A stretch of 64,000 bases of DNA, from the NCBI GenBank assembly GCA_963514005.1, contig OY740794.1, positions 33,666,001-33,730,000 of the forward strand, given 5' to 3'. This stretch comes from Raja brachyura. Taxonomy: Eukaryota. Under the pieces are notes generated by a model. The model worked only from the letters and a program-made list of their open reading frames with translations, searched no databases and had not been told where the DNA came from. Below, in pieces: positions 27,948 through 42,514 of the stretch (its first letter is position 1; each line of letters starts with the position of its first letter). The position numbers were made by a program, and so were the translations under genes.

Positions 27948-28098
27948 TTCTTCTTCTTCTTCTTCTTCTTCTTGTGTATGGCATGCACAGCCTAAAGTTG
28001 AAGGACAAGATCTATTTGATCTTATTTGATTTTGCCCGCCAAGTTGATTGCATTTGTCGAAACAGGGCAGACCACATGAAGGTTGCAATCTCCCACCC
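27948..28098 (-). mobile_element. Short retroposon with HDV-like ribozyme head and (GAA)n tail, copy B
   Basis: Aligns to copy A over its length and has a longer (GAA)n tail. Flanks resemble a degraded TSD (ttaaatgaca / ttaataaca). Confidence 0.8.
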
Positions 28099-28099
28099 T
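28046..28099 (-). ncRNA. HDV-like ribozyme (predicted, CpG-decayed), copy B
   Basis: (A)GGGUGG-GA-GAUUGCA-ACC-UUCAUGU-GGU-CUGCCCU-GU-UUCGA-CAAA-UGCAAUC. Same topology as copy A; most differences fall at probable CpG sites. Confidence 0.6.
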
Positions 28100-31000
28100 T
28101 TTAATAACATTGAATGCCATTGTTAAAATGCTCGTTCAACATTGTATGCGTAAACGTTTTTGATAATGAACTCAATTGTCAATCGACAAATCTGCCACAA
28201 TCAAGACATCAAACTTTGAATGATGTAAGATGACCACTGTCTGACATGTGTGATACTAATATTGTATCATGTCAGACCATGCCGAAAGTTGGCCAGGGCA
28301 TACAACATGCCAGATACATGGCTTGTTTTTTTTCTCGAGTGTCAGAGTGATTGAGGAGCCCTGATAGAAGTTTTTTTAATTATGAGAATCGTTAGGGTAT
28401 AGTCAGAATCTATTTTTCAGTTTAATCTTTCCTGATAACAGCATCTCTGTCACATCCACTGGGTAGTCCTATTCCAACTGCATGGGAGCATAACCCAAGC
28501 ATCATCACATGCAAGTCTATTGCCCTGGCTAAAAGGCTCAATATTGCAGAAGCTACATCAGGCCAGTGCATGTTTGTCAGACAACTCCCAGATGCTGAAT
28601 GAGGAATATAGCAGAATGGGCCATGTCAGCATTTGTCATGTTTGAATAGGTTGCCTTGGGTGGGATGTTTTCTTATTGTGCTTGGATTAAAAGTTTGTGT
28701 AGCTTTTTCAGCCATTTCGGAGGCCATATATAACTTATATATAACCACTTTGGCCCAGTAAATTCAGTTCAGAGAACCATTACAGTGCAGAAGGTACATC
28801 ACACTGGCTCCAAATGATTTAGTCATCAATCCTCTTGCCAGTTAAATTTCTATTCTTTCAGATATTTATACAACTCTCTTTTTGAGCTGTTGGATTTAAT
28901 TTGCCTCCCTCAATAATCATGGCAGCACATCCTAGAGTCTACCCACTTACTCATGTGACTTTTGGTTCATTTAACAAATACTCATTCTATGCACCCTGTT
29001 TTGATCCCTCTTTGAAAAGGGCCAGTTTCTCACACTGCAATATCCTCTCTCCAAGGAGAACACCACTAGCTTCTTCAGTCCACGCAAGTAACCTTTCACA
29101 TCCTCTGGGATCATTTTGGTCAATCCCTTTGTACTCTGTGCAAAGCCTTCACATCTTTCCTTAGAATGCAGAATGGGACAAATTATGCCACTGCCATGAA
29201 GGCCACTGTTGGGTGGGCTAGGGCAAGATCAAGATGTGGGTATCAGTTCCACCTCAGTCAGTACAATATGCAAGAGCTATTTTTAGGGATTAGAGATGGT
29301 TGCTCCACATGCTGACAGACAACCTAGATCATATGGGCAGTCTCATCACCTCCTGTTGCATGAGATGGAAGTTGTTATCTCCCTTTCTCTGTTGAGAACT
29401 GCACAGCTCTCCCCAGTATAGCGACAAATCACCACTCATACATAATTGGGTTTATTGGAGTTCAACTCTTAAGTTTCCAACTGATCTGAAGTACATTTGA
29501 ACCAGATAGAAAGAGTTGGAGTTGGTTTTTAGTGCGATGGCGTGTTTGAGAAGATCAGACCCAATTAGTTTTATATAGGGGGTTGGAGCAGAAGTGCTTT
29601 CTGAGACTGATTCTTGAGAAAATGTTTCCGTCACACATGCAACCATATTTTCACCTTCACCTGAAGCCATCTCTCAGTTGCCATGCTTTGCCTAACCACT
29701 TTTCTTTTCCAGCTTTCTCTTGCCTGCTCCAATCAGTCTAAAGGCTGCTCCAGGCCAAAAATGTTAACACTCCATTTCTCTCCACAGATGTTGCCTGATC
29801 TGCTGAGTTCCTCCAGCACTTTTTTTCTGGGCCTAACTTTATATGTTTGGCTTAACTGCAAAAGGCACAGAGGATAAAACAAAGACACTGAAAATTAATT
29901 AATATAATTAATGAGAAAGCAGTGAAAATTTAAGGAAACCAACATCTCACAAATCATCTGGAACTAATATCGTCCATGCTTCAGAGGAAGTGAACACATT
30001 GAATGTCCTTCCAAAATTCCCTTGATTCTGGAATAGTTCATATAGTATATTTTGTAAAACACAAATAAAATAACAGTATAATGAAGCAATTAATATAGTC
30101 TTATGAATTGAAAATAGCAGGTGGACACAGGGAAAACCAGTGAATGTAATCTGGGTTTTCAAAAGGCACCTGAAAAGGGACAAAAGGTTGTTTCATAAAG
30201 GTTCAGTGCATTGAGGTCAACAGCCAAGTATAGATTTATTTTTTTTTATTATTTTTTTTTTTTAAAAAAGGTTGCAAGACTGGCATGAGAACCACACGGA
30301 TCGTTCCTGAGTGATTCACAGATCATGATTTTAATCTTCGGACTTAAATGAACAGAAATTTCTTTAGACAAAGGAATTCTGGAGTCGGCTCTGGTCATGT
30401 ACTAAAGAATTGCCACGTCCACAAATCAGATGGACTTCTCAGCTGGAGTTCCATTTTTAACAAATGCACACCATGGAATTGAAAATCCCAGGTTCACAGA
30501 CTATGTTTCCAAATAAAACTCTTCTCATTGTCATGTTTCCAAACTCTAACCAGAGGGCTTTAGTGACAAGCTCCCCAAGCATGAAATGGCACAACTTGCT
30601 TGTGTCAGTTCTTTGGCAATAATCAAATAGTTTCTCCCAATCAATTGTCAATTGCCCAACATATTACTTTTTCAAACACACATCCAATACCCTTTTCAAA
30701 GTTACAAGGAATTGGCATCCTCAGGTTCACATAAGTTTATTGTTCTATACACCAGAGTGCAATGAAATTCCTTGTTCACATGAAGCTTAGAGTATACACT
30801 GTATACATATTGATAGATATAATAAATATAAAGGCAAATGCAAAACAGCAGAATAGTGCAAAGATAATGCAGGCAGTGCACAGCATTTATTTTTACTAAC
30901 ATAAGAAAATATTTACCTGGCTCCTTTGCCAAATATCTCAAATCCTTACTGAAGTCCTCACGTTTGGAGAATTTTCTGGTTGAGGTTTTACACAGAAACA

Positions 31001-34000
31001 TTTAAAGATCTAGCTTAACTTCAAAAAACATTGAAGAACAGAAAGAGAAATAACTCTTCCTTGTACTTGTTGTCATTCAGTAATATTTAGGATAATCGTC
31101 TCCCAAAGGCTCATCATTTCCTTCGACCCAGTTCATCTTCGCGGTGCATTGCCCCAGGATGTGGAAGTATAGTTAAGGAGGCCTACTACCCTGGCCATTG
31201 CCTTTTCTCTATTCTGGCTACTGGGACAACATACAGGAATGTGAAAGCTCAGATGTCCAGATTTAAGAACAGCTAATTCCCACTGCTATCGGACTCCTGA
31301 ACTGATCATCTTCGCCAACCCAGAGGTGCTGGCATATACTCTTAATAATCTGCAATCTACCTCATTCAGTTCTTATACTTTAATATTCTTTTAAACTACT
31401 TGCATTTTGCACTACAATCTTACATCATTTTGTTTTACACTTGTACATATGGTTGTATTTATCACTACTGAATGTATACTGTTTACACTCTGAGTTTCAT
31501 ATAAACAAGGAATTTCATTGCATCCTGGTGTACATGACAATAAACAAATCATAATCAGTTTCTGCACTTAACCCAATATATCTCATTATCTTCTGCAGAT
31601 GCTCCCAATGTGAACTATTTATTGAGCTGAGAGGGAGAATTGAGCCTCCACATCCCACTAGGTAGAGAACTTCTATGTCATGAATAGCCAATCCCTTATT
31701 TTGAGATCAATGACCCCTCTGTAGATAACCCAGCCACAGAAAACATCAAGACCTCATTTATGCTATCGAGTACCATGAGAATGTTTAATGTTTCAAGTTC
31801 ACCTTTCAATCTTCAAAAATAAAGATACTCAGTCTGCTATGACCCTCAACATGTGACAAATCCTTGTTTCAAACTACTAAGGACTGCGTTACACCATCAA
31901 ATTGACATTCTTGCGCACTGAAACAGAAGGATATTTAACTATGAGTGTAAAGGTGAAATGATGATAGTACTCAGGAGACACATTTCATGAAGAATACTTA
32001 TTTTCACATTATGCTACATGGATGCAAATTCTCAGATAAAGACTGCACCAAGAACTTCCAAGCAAGATGATAAGACTACCAACTGGAGTGGTTTGCCCAA
32101 TTACGGACACCAAAAGCCAGATTTTAAAAAGATTTTGGACAACTGCTGGTTGGGGGAAGAGCAAAGCGCTGCATTAATGTTGAACTCATTGACAATTAGA
32201 TGGGTCAAGTTATCTTCTGCCCAGTGATTGTATGGAGTGGATACTGAGCCCAAACATCATCATGATCACTTCCAGGGATGGCCAAAGCTCATCCTCATCT
32301 CAAATCAATGATCCTTATCATTGTGATGTAACCAAAAAAAAAGCAAAACTAATAACTAAATGAAAAATATTGCAGATACTCAAAATTGCTGTTAATAAAT
32401 TTACTTAAAGAGCATTTTCAATGGGGGTCTTAGAAATTAATTGCTACATAAAGGTAGTCCATTAAGATACAAGAATGTTTGCAGAAACCTTAGAATAAAA
32501 TTTGACACACCATGCTAGAAGTGGTCAAACAAACATCGTCAAAGTGATGTGTTGATCAGCATTTTGAAAGAAGTCAGAGTCAAAAAGGCTTAATGGAAGG
32601 GAATTCCACGATTCTATGAAGGCAGCAGGAGGCATTGCTATCAACGATGAAAGTATTAAAATCAGGGTCTACAAAGTCAGAATTAGAGCACAGATTTTAA
32701 TAGATTGCTAAATGAGAGGTTAGCTTTAAAGAGAAAGTTAAAAACAAGAAACCAAGTGTAAGGGTGAGAATAAAACAGCAACCTGTTAGAATACATTGAA
32801 GCACAAAAATTTATTTATAAAGATATGGATATGAATTTCAGCAGCAAATGTAACAAGCAAGGTGCAGATGGGCAATGTGATGGTGTAAACATTCTTTATA
32901 CTGGTGTATCTCTGTACCTGGAAAAGCAAGTTACACGTTTGCAAACTACCTGCAATCACAGAGACAGGAAACAGACATGAAGGAACAAAAGATATAGGGG
33001 TTATCAAATTCAATGGCTTCAGTCTTGCTGATGTTTAGCTGCAAGAGTTTTCATATACAGATCGGACAACCAGTGACACAAATTGGGTATCACTATCCAA
33101 CAATTAAAATGGCAAGGGAATGAATACAAGCTCTGAACTATGACTGCAAAATAAGATTTTGTTCAGCAACTAAATGATTTAAAGTTTGATCTGTCCAGTG
33201 TACAGAAGACTGCACCTTGAGCAGATAATACTTAATGCTTAATTGAAAGTAAAATAAATCGATTCCTTTGGTAGCTCATGGACCTGGACCACAATGAAGA
33301 CAGTTTTTCCTGCAGTTAATTGCCAAGTGCCATGGGAAGTAATAGGATGGATGGAAATTAAAGTAAGGTACCAGAACAGAAGCTATTTCTTTAGGAGGAA
33401 GGGAAGAGGGTGTCCGGGAAAATACATTTGGTGGCACAACGTAATGGAGGTAGCAGAGGATGACACAGTAAACGCAGAGGCATGAGGGATGAAAGGAAAA
33501 ATGCAACTCAAAAGCGAGTCATGAAGAGACCCATTTCTGCATATTGTGATCAAAGAGTTATGGGGATATTGCACCATTGCTGGAAAACAGCACTAGGTAG
33601 AATATTAACCATAATCTTGCTGGATGGAGGACAGACTTGAAGAACCAAATAATCTACTCTTGGTCCTATTTCTCATGCGCCCTGATAATCGAGAGCAAGA
33701 GAGGAACAAGATGATGAAAAAAAAATGTGACGGTTAAAGTTCAGGAAAAGAGACAGGTACAGTCAAAAGATTGTTCGCGTAGTGGAAAGGAAGAATGTCC
33801 AAAATACCAGCACAAAGTTAGCATGTTAGGTCAGATATGATGGAGATAACAGAAAGCACGAGGAAAGTATAAAATGTTAGCTTATATTAGATATTTATTA
33901 CAGTCTATTCGCAGAAGTCAAGAATGGTAAGAGATAAATAAAATTCAACAAGATGCAAAAAGGAAAATAAAAACAATTACATTTTCTAATTCAATGGAAG

Positions 34001-35959
34001 AGCAATCATCGATGAAGTGGAGCAAGTGGGAACATAGTAGGACAGGCATGAAAAGTGTTAATGTATCCCATGAAAAGTATAACATGGGATACATAAATAC
34101 ATAAGTAATCTTTCATCTGGATGAGAGTGATTGGTGTCAAATGAAGAGTGGTTTAATACAAGTTTAACCAAACAAAGAAATATGGTCAACAAAAAACAAA
34201 TGGGAATTCATTGAAATGAGGATCAGACAACACCCATGAAATCCTGTTGAAAACGGAGTTTCGGGGAAGACTAAATACTCCTAAGAAAGTGTGTTAGGTT
34301 CAGAATATTTGAAATTGCTAAGTGGAAAAATTGCAGACACAGCTTTGAAGATACTTGAAAATCTGATGGAAAATAAAAGTTGAAATAAATTGTCGAAACA
34401 AAGAACTGCAGATGCTGGTTAATACACAAAATGCTGGAGTAAAACTGCAGGTCAGACAGCATCTCTGGAGATCCAAAGCGTCACCTATCCATGTTCTCCA
34501 GAGATACTGCCAAACCTGCATAGTTACTCCAGCACTTGAGTCCTTTGAAATAAATAGTACCATGTACCATGGGAAATGAAAACTTGACATCTCCCAGAGC
34601 CATCTTGTGCCTCCCTCATGGGGGTCACAGCAAAATGTGCAGGATTGGGAAGAGTTTGGATGTTGTGGAAAGCAGTTTCTAATTGATTTTCTTCGAGGAA
34701 AATTAAGATCATGATGGCAAACTTCCACCTTATTACCATCATCGGCCATGTCCTCTTTTCACTGTTACCATCAGATGGAACATACAGAAGCATGAAGACC
34801 ACCACGTTTAAGGACAGCAACTTTTCTGCAGCTATCAGATTCTTGAACAAACTCACACATCAATCCTACCTCAACAGAACACTACGGACCACCTCTTGCA
34901 TTAACATAGTTTTATTTTTCTATCCAATTGTGTTTTACGCAGATGTCATTTTTTAAGTAGTCTTTCTTTTTACTGCCTTGCAGAATTTGGTGTATTTTTT
35001 GTTTTTGTGTGTTGTCTGAGTATGTGTATCTGTGATGGTGCTGCAAGCAGGATTTTCATTGTTCCTCTACCTCAGCATACTTGCGCATATGGCAATAAAC
35101 TTGACATGAATTGTTGCAGTTCTGCCGATGGAAGTTTTTAAAATTGTATTTCCTATCCCCAAAATCTGATGTTATATAATTTCCTCAAATTTACTGGTGT
35201 CTTAACAGTGTTTCCCGTAGCAATGATTCTTTCAGCCACATGCAAAGAAAAATGCAAGTAACACAAGTAGAAATTACAATTATTTTTGGTTACACTATTT
35301 ATGACTTGACAAAGTTAGGTGTTTGTTCGAATTCTCCATCAGATGAGTTTTCCCTTTATTCCTACCTCCTGTCCCAATTGCAATCCATTACCAGCTTTCA
35401 ATATGATTAAATTTTAAAAAACTTGGTTTGAAACGTTTTATTATTTCTTATATGCATCTTAATAGTTCATTAAGTGTTTACTTTAAAACTTTCCACACAA
35501 AATTAAAGAATTTTCATTAAAAATGGTAATATGGAAACTGCGTGGCCAATGGCAGAAAGTGAAAGAGTGTAACACAGCTTCAGTTGAAAGCTTTAGCGAG
35601 AAAATAATGCATGCAAGATATTCAATCCTTAACGGCATGAAAGACATGGCCACTTCAGAGCTGTGAAGAACACAATTAAGTACTTTCATTTTAAATTAGT
35701 TCATAGGTCTAAAGGTCATGAATCTCAGTAAATGAAATGACTGGAAGGTGATTGGAGAATTACTCTGGAAGGGAAAAATTTATTATGTTAGTATATTCCC
35801 ACCATGATCTCACAGTGGGTCGGTTATTTAATAGAAAAAAAATTGGAAGAGTGGAAAAAATGAAAATGAATTGCAAGCACCATTATCAATAAACTGACTG
35901 AAGCCACATTCACAATCACCTGAGACAAACTGTGCCATGCACACCTCTCCACCAAACCA

Positions 35960-37165
35960 ATAATCAGCATACATATAACTGCAGATATGGCCAAATACTC
36001 CAGAAGGTTTGAACCTTTCGGATCCAAGGCAAATTGACGAGGTAATAGGTGACAAAGCGTGAAGGTGGATGATTACTTTTGTGATTGGAAGTCTGTGATC
36101 CATGGTGTATCATAAAGACCAATATTGTGGGTTGTAAACATTAAATGAGAGGTACGATTAGTAAGTTTGCGGGTTACACATAAAGTTGTTGTACATAGTG
36201 AGGAAAGATTTAAACTGCAGAAAATAATGATCAGCTGGTAAATTGGGCAGAATAGCCAAAGGAATTTAATCCAGGTTAGTGTTAAGTGATGCATTTTCTT
36301 AGATCAAATAAGGGTGATATGTACATGAATGTAGAGCTCGAGGGAGCACATGCAGGTAATGTGGAATACTTGCCTTCAGCTGGGGCACAGAATATGGTAC
36401 AACTTTATAAAACATTGGAGAAGCCACATCCAGAAAATTGAGTACTGTTTCAATCGCCACCTTGTGGACAGGATTTGATGGCTTTGCAGAAAGTACAGAG
36501 CAGATTCACCAGGAGCGTCACAATTATGAAGAGACTGGATCAGCTGGGTTTGTATTCCTTGCAGCAGAGATGGCTGAATGGGGATCTGATACAAAATGAT
36601 GAGCATGAATAGGGCAGAAAGCTGTAAACTCATACCTTAGCAGTGCTTATAACCCAAGAGCATATGTTTAAGGTAAAGAGTCGAAAGTCATGTTGTTGCA
36701 GCTTTATAAAACTTTAGTTAGGCTGCATTTGAAGTATTGTGTGCAGTTCAGGTCGTCCCATAGCAGGAAGGATGTGGATGCATTGGAGAGGATCTTCACT
36801 ATTAATGTTGCCTGGATTAGAGGGTATTAGCTCCTTGGAGATTGGACAAACATGGACTGGTGTCTCTGGAGCATTGGAGATTGAAGGGAGACCTAATATT
36901 ATGTAAAGCACAGATATGATAGGTAGTCAGAACTTTTCCTCAGGATGAAAATTCAAATACTAGAGGGTACAGCTTTAAGGTTACAAGGGGAAAGTTTAAA
37001 CAAGTTGTATGCAGAAACCATTTTACACAGAATGGTAGGTGCCTACGTGACAGTGGAAGCAGATAGATAGCGTTGAAGAGGCACATGGATGTGCAAGGCG
37101 TGGAAGGATATGAATCACATGTAGGCTGAAAGAAGTATTTTAATTTGGCATTATGTTTGGCAGAT
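35960..37165 (+). mobile_element. Decayed CR1 fragments
   Basis: YKTLVRLHLKYCVQF-SP-RKDVDALE motifs; two overlapping relics. Confidence 0.7.
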
Positions 37166-39124
37166 GTGACCATGTGGGTTTTCTCCAGGCGCTCCAACTT
37201 CCTCCCACACTCGAAAGACATACAGGTTTATAAGTTAATTGGCTTAAGTATAAATATTGTAAATGGGACCTAATGTATTGGATAGTGCTAGTGCACAGGG
37301 TGATCGATGGGCCAAAGGGCGTTTCTGTGCTGCATCTCCAAAGTCTGAATCTCATACATATAACAATTCATAGTAATGTATGAGAATCAGCACACACAGC
37401 ACATACAAATCGTGTGGAATTCAAAGCCATTGTGGAGAAGAAAAAAGTTGAGACTCCTGCGACCCAACAGCTTGCAGATTAATTGTTGCAGTTGGTAAAA
37501 CTCATCTGAATTCTGCAGATTAAAATGGAGATGAGAAGTGAAATTGTATTGATCCAGTAACTACTGAGTGAATACCAACATTAATTTTCAAGGTACAACT
37601 TGTTTTTCTGAATTGCGAGACTTTAAAACAAAATTGCAACAATTATCGACAAAACATAGGGTTAGCTAATTAAATGAAAAAGATTGTCAAGTGATAATAA
37701 GTTTTTATTAGTGGGAGGATAAAAAAAGGTGAATTAGTTACGTTGACCAGGAATAAATACATTTGGATGTGCCTCTTTTTTCCAGTATTTTGTATTCATA
37801 CAATCTTTTTCTACCTAAAACCTAGAAAACGAAATTTATCTGCTACCCACAATATACTTTAGTTTGTATTACAGATGAAAAACATTTTCCTATGCAAGGC
37901 TCCAGATTAAACACCATTATTGGGATTTGTTTACAATTCACTCCAAATGAAGTGAAGCAGAACTTGATTGAAGAACGTTCAAGTAATTACAAAGAGCAAA
38001 ATAACTTAAATTAATTCAACAGACTTCTGTTGAGTCGTCATTTCAGTTAGCAAATTTAACAATATGTGGCTGAGCTGAAGCAGCAGATTTCCAATAGAAT
38101 AGGAATTGGAAGCTTCCATAATTCCTAGTGTTAATCAGTTGGAAATTCAGATCCAGAAAATGAGAGCAGAGAGTGGTACAATATCCAGACAGCATCGATG
38201 GGCTGACATGATTCATGTTTGAATTTCATCACTTCAGATTGTTACGGTGGAATCAAATAAGGAAGATTACATTTTGTGTTTGACAAAGTTGCAAAACTAC
38301 CACCTCAAGCCTACGAGAAATATACTGCTCCGTAAAAGAAAAGAAAACAAAACCTTAACACAAATCACATTTCCCCCAACCTGGCTAATATCCATCAGAT
38401 GAATATTTATTCCAAATCAATTTATTATGCATAATGCAAATGACATAAAGATTGCCCAGAATAATGTTCACAATAAACAGGACAAATCCAATCAAGTGAT
38501 GGAAAGTATAACCGACTGTGCACTTCGCAGCTTTTGTTCCTCAAATGCTCGGCGTTGGTTCCACTTGGGCCACCAGGTTGCAATACTGATCGTTTCAAAA
38601 TTGCACTGATGAATTCCAAAGGCATGGAGAAAATGACTACCGCTACGTCATTTGATTATGCACAGCTTCAAAGAGTTCTTAGGGAAAAACACACCTCTGC
38701 ATATGCTCATTATAGGCATGATGGATATGGTACTCAATCAAAATAGCACAGACCTAGGATATTGTTGCAGGAGTTCTTCACAGAAATATCCACTGAGCTT
38801 CAACAAATGACCTTCAGCCCATCAATGACTTCAGTAAGAAGGGATATTCAGTTTATTGGGAAACTGCTCATATAAGAAAGCAATCTGTGCCCTCATGCAG
38901 CAAGACCCGAAGAAGATTCAAATGTTCAGTGATAGGGGACAAATAACATTTACAGAAAAGTACAGATCAATAACCAAGCAATTAATTATTGTTCCAACAA
39001 ATCTAACCACCTCACCAAAGGAAGCAAAAAAAAACTATTGAAAATGGTATTCCCATCCACCTCCTTAAGCATTTTGTGGATATCATTGATTATAAATTTA
39101 ACTGAAGCAGCCAAATATAGTGGG

Positions 39125-39330
39125 TAGGAAAGAACTTCAGATGCTGGTTTAAATCGAAGGTCGACACAAAATGCTAGAGTAACTCAGTGGGACAGTCAGC
39201 ATCTCTGAAGCGAAGGAATGGGTGACTTTTCGGGTCAAGACCCTTGGAAGGCTCGACCCGAACCGTTACCCATTCCTTCTCTCCAGAGATGCTGCCTGTC
39301 CCACTGAGTTATGCCAGCATTTTGCTTCTA
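39125..39330. mobile_element. Palindromic Penelope-derived mini-element
   Basis: cacaaaatgctagagtaactcag...gacccgaaccgttaccc...ctgagttatgccagcattttg. Confidence 0.7.
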
Positions 39331-40337
39331 CAAGACAAATATAGTTCAAGATGATAACATAAGTGATTTGTGATATGTGACAACTTGGAAATGTAATGGA
39401 ATCATCTTCAGGCGTGCAGCAATGTAGGTTTCCAACACCGTGCAAGGCAAAGCAACACACGTGATTGCTTCTCCCTCCGCTGAATGGGATCATGGATGCA
39501 ATGAATGGGTCAACTGGGCTTGCAGCCAATGGAATTTAGTAGGATGAGAGGCGATCTTATAGAAACATAAAATTCTTAAAGGATTGTGCAGGCATTGATG
39601 CAGGAATTTTTTTCCCGATGTTGGGAGAGTCCAGAACCATGGATCACAGTTTAAGAATAGGGGGAAGGAGTGAGAAAGCAAGGGCTATCTAAAATTAGAG
39701 AAGTCAATGTTCATATCGCTGTGGTGTAATCTAGCCAAGCCACATATGAGGTGCTGTTCTTCCAATTTGCGCTGGCCTTCAGCATGGCTTCTTTAACAAT
39801 CCCATGATCACCGTCATCCAAAACAAGAACAGATGTATGGGAATGCTATCTCCTCTTAAGATCCCTTTCCAGTCACACACATTGCAATGTGCTGTCATGA
39901 ATGTCAGTGGCCAGAACCCAACATCCCCAAACTAACGGGAGACACTTTGTGGATTGTGGATGATCAGCCATGATCATATTGAATGGCGGTGCTGGCTCGA
40001 AGGGCCAAATGGCCTACTCCTGCACCTATTGTCTATTCCAGTCATACTGATGTCTTTGGAATGCATGAAAAAATGTTTGCAACAAAGTAACTTTAGGTAT
40101 AAAATGTGCATAATTGATTGTACATTGAACTAATAAGATTATTGGAATATTAACTGACTGTCACAAGAAATATTGAGAGGAATAAATTGTTTACCTTACA
40201 AAGAAAATGTCAGAATATTGAAGTAACATTACACATTCCCAACTATGTCATAAATACTGAAATGGTCCAAACCCACTCAGCATGGATTGAAACTCATTCT
40301 TAGCAGTGCATCAGTTTCACTGTTATTCTGATCTCAC

Positions 40338-40541
40338 CTCTAAGAATTTAATAACTGATGGATTATAATCGATCGTCTTCCTGTTCACAGCTTTTCTCAT
40401 ACGTTTGCCATCAAAGGTCAGTTGCTGCATAGCTTGCTGCTGAGCAAAATCTGGCCGCTTGTAAAAGGTATGCCTTGGTCCCTGGTGCTGAAACCTTGGC
40501 ATGTGAAAAAATCGAGGAGGTGAGGTTATTTCCAAAGCCAT
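40338..40541 (-). CDS. WDR33: WDR33 exon 2, first coding exon (whole exon 40338-40565)
   Basis: Encodes [68 protein letters not shown], the WDR33 N-terminus. 204 coding nt, Kozak ACCATGG, acceptor AG at 40567-40566, donor GTGAGA. Confidence 0.98.
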
Positions 40542-40789
40542 GGTGATAAAATTCTTCTAACAAATCTGTAAAGGAAAAAAAGCCAAATGAATGGTCAGTT
40601 GAAATTTTAAACTAATCCTTTAATTTCTCTGCACCATCTCTACCATAATAATTTCCATACATAACAAGAAATAACATTTAACATGACAAACTCTCAGATC
40701 TGTGAACACGATCTTATAATTCCGCAAATGAAACAAATTCTATCAATCGATTCACATTCTCCAGCAGAAATAATTATTGGATATGAAAT

Positions 40790-41772
40790 TCATCCAACTG
40801 TGCCGCATCTGCACCCTGGATGAGGTGTTCAAGACTAGGACATCGGAGATGTCCTCATTCTTTAGGGAAGGGGGTTCCCCTCTTCTATTATAGATGAGAC
40901 TCTCACCAGGGTCTCCTCGATATCCTGCAGTTCCGCTCTTGCTCCCCATCCCCCTACTCATAACAAGGACAGAGTTCCACTTGTCCTCACCGTCCACCCC
41001 ATCAACTGGCGCATACAACATATAATCCTCCGACATTTTCGCCACCTCCAACGGCATCCCACCACTGGCCACATCTTCCCATCTCCACTCCTTTCTGCTT
41101 TCCGCAGAGACTGTTCCCTCCGTAACTCCCTGGTCAATTTGTCCCTTCCCACCCAAACCACCCCCTCCCTTGGTATTTTTCCTTGTAACCGCAGGTAATG
41201 CTACACTTGTCGTTTTACCTCTCCCGCCGACTCCATCCAAGGACCCAAGCAGTCTTTCCAGGTGAGGCGGAGGTTCACCTGCACCTCTTCCAACCTCATC
41301 TACTGCATCCGCTGTTCCTGGTGTCAACTTCTCTACAACGGCGAGACCAAGCGCAGGCTTGGCGATCGCTTTGTCCAACACTTCCGCTCACTTCACACTA
41401 ACCAACCTGATCTCCCGGTGGCCCAGCACTTCAACCCCCCCCTCCCATTCCGAATCTGACCTTTCTGTCCTGGGCCTCCACCATGGCCAGTGAGGAGGCC
41501 CAGCACAAATTGGGGGAACAGCACCGCATATTTCGCTTGGGTAGTTTACACCCCAGCGGTATGAACATTGACTTCCCTAATTTCAGATAATCCTTGCTTT
41601 CTCCCTCCTTCCCATCCCCCTTCCCAGTTCTCCCTCAAGCCCACTGTCTCCACCTCTTTCCCCCCCCCCCCCCCCGACATCACTGAAGGGTCGCGACCCG
41701 AAACGTCACCTGTCCTTCTCTCCATAGATGCTGCCTCACTCGCTGAGTTTCTCCACCATTTTTGTCTACCTT
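40790..41772 (+). mobile_element. Penelope-like retroelement 3' fragment (GIY-YIG endonuclease plus terminal repeat)
   Basis: RFTCTSSNLIYCIRCSWCQLLYNGETKRRLGDRF...PVAQHFN is a GIY-YIG signature; frameshifted. Confidence 0.9.
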
Positions 41773-42514
41773 CACGTATTTGTAAGTCGTTGTACTATAT
41801 AGCAAGAGAACAGGGAGAAAAAATGACAATTCCTTCTCTCCCTGTACACCCTGCAGATATCATCCAGCAGATTGTTTATTACTCCATGGAATGGGCAGAC
41901 TCATTGCAAAGAATGGAGAAGTAGGGCAGCACATATGTCAGGAAATATAGCTATTGGCAACTAATTGGATGAATAAACCTCATCTCTGATGTGAAAACTG
42001 CCAGGTATGAACACCAAAGATCATAGACATTAGGTTCAAATGCACCTGAAACAGAAAGGCAATCTGTTGCTACCTCTACCAGCAGAAATAAAAGTTTAAC
42101 ATGACAATCGTGGGAAACTCATTTTTTTTCAAATCATTAAACTTGTGACAAGTATTGGATGGAGTTGTGATAAACTGAACATACAAAAAAATGACAAGAT
42201 CATTTTAATTGTAATATGAATTTCATCAAAAAGATCACCGATTTTTAGTTATAATTCTCTTTGAATTACAATTATTTCGTACCATTTTTAGAGATAACAC
42301 ACAAACCAAGAATATTTTGATACCTTTTCTAAATTAAACACTAGCTCTGGCAGCGGTAGGATTCTTCAACTTGAACTTGCCAAGTTCTCTTCTTCGAGAG
42401 TGAAATGTGAAGTATCAAGGTCACTCAACGTTCCTCACAAATAAACTGCATGTCATGCAAAACATGCATGAGAGGCGAGGTACTAGATGACATCATTGAA
42501 TTACCAGGTCATCA

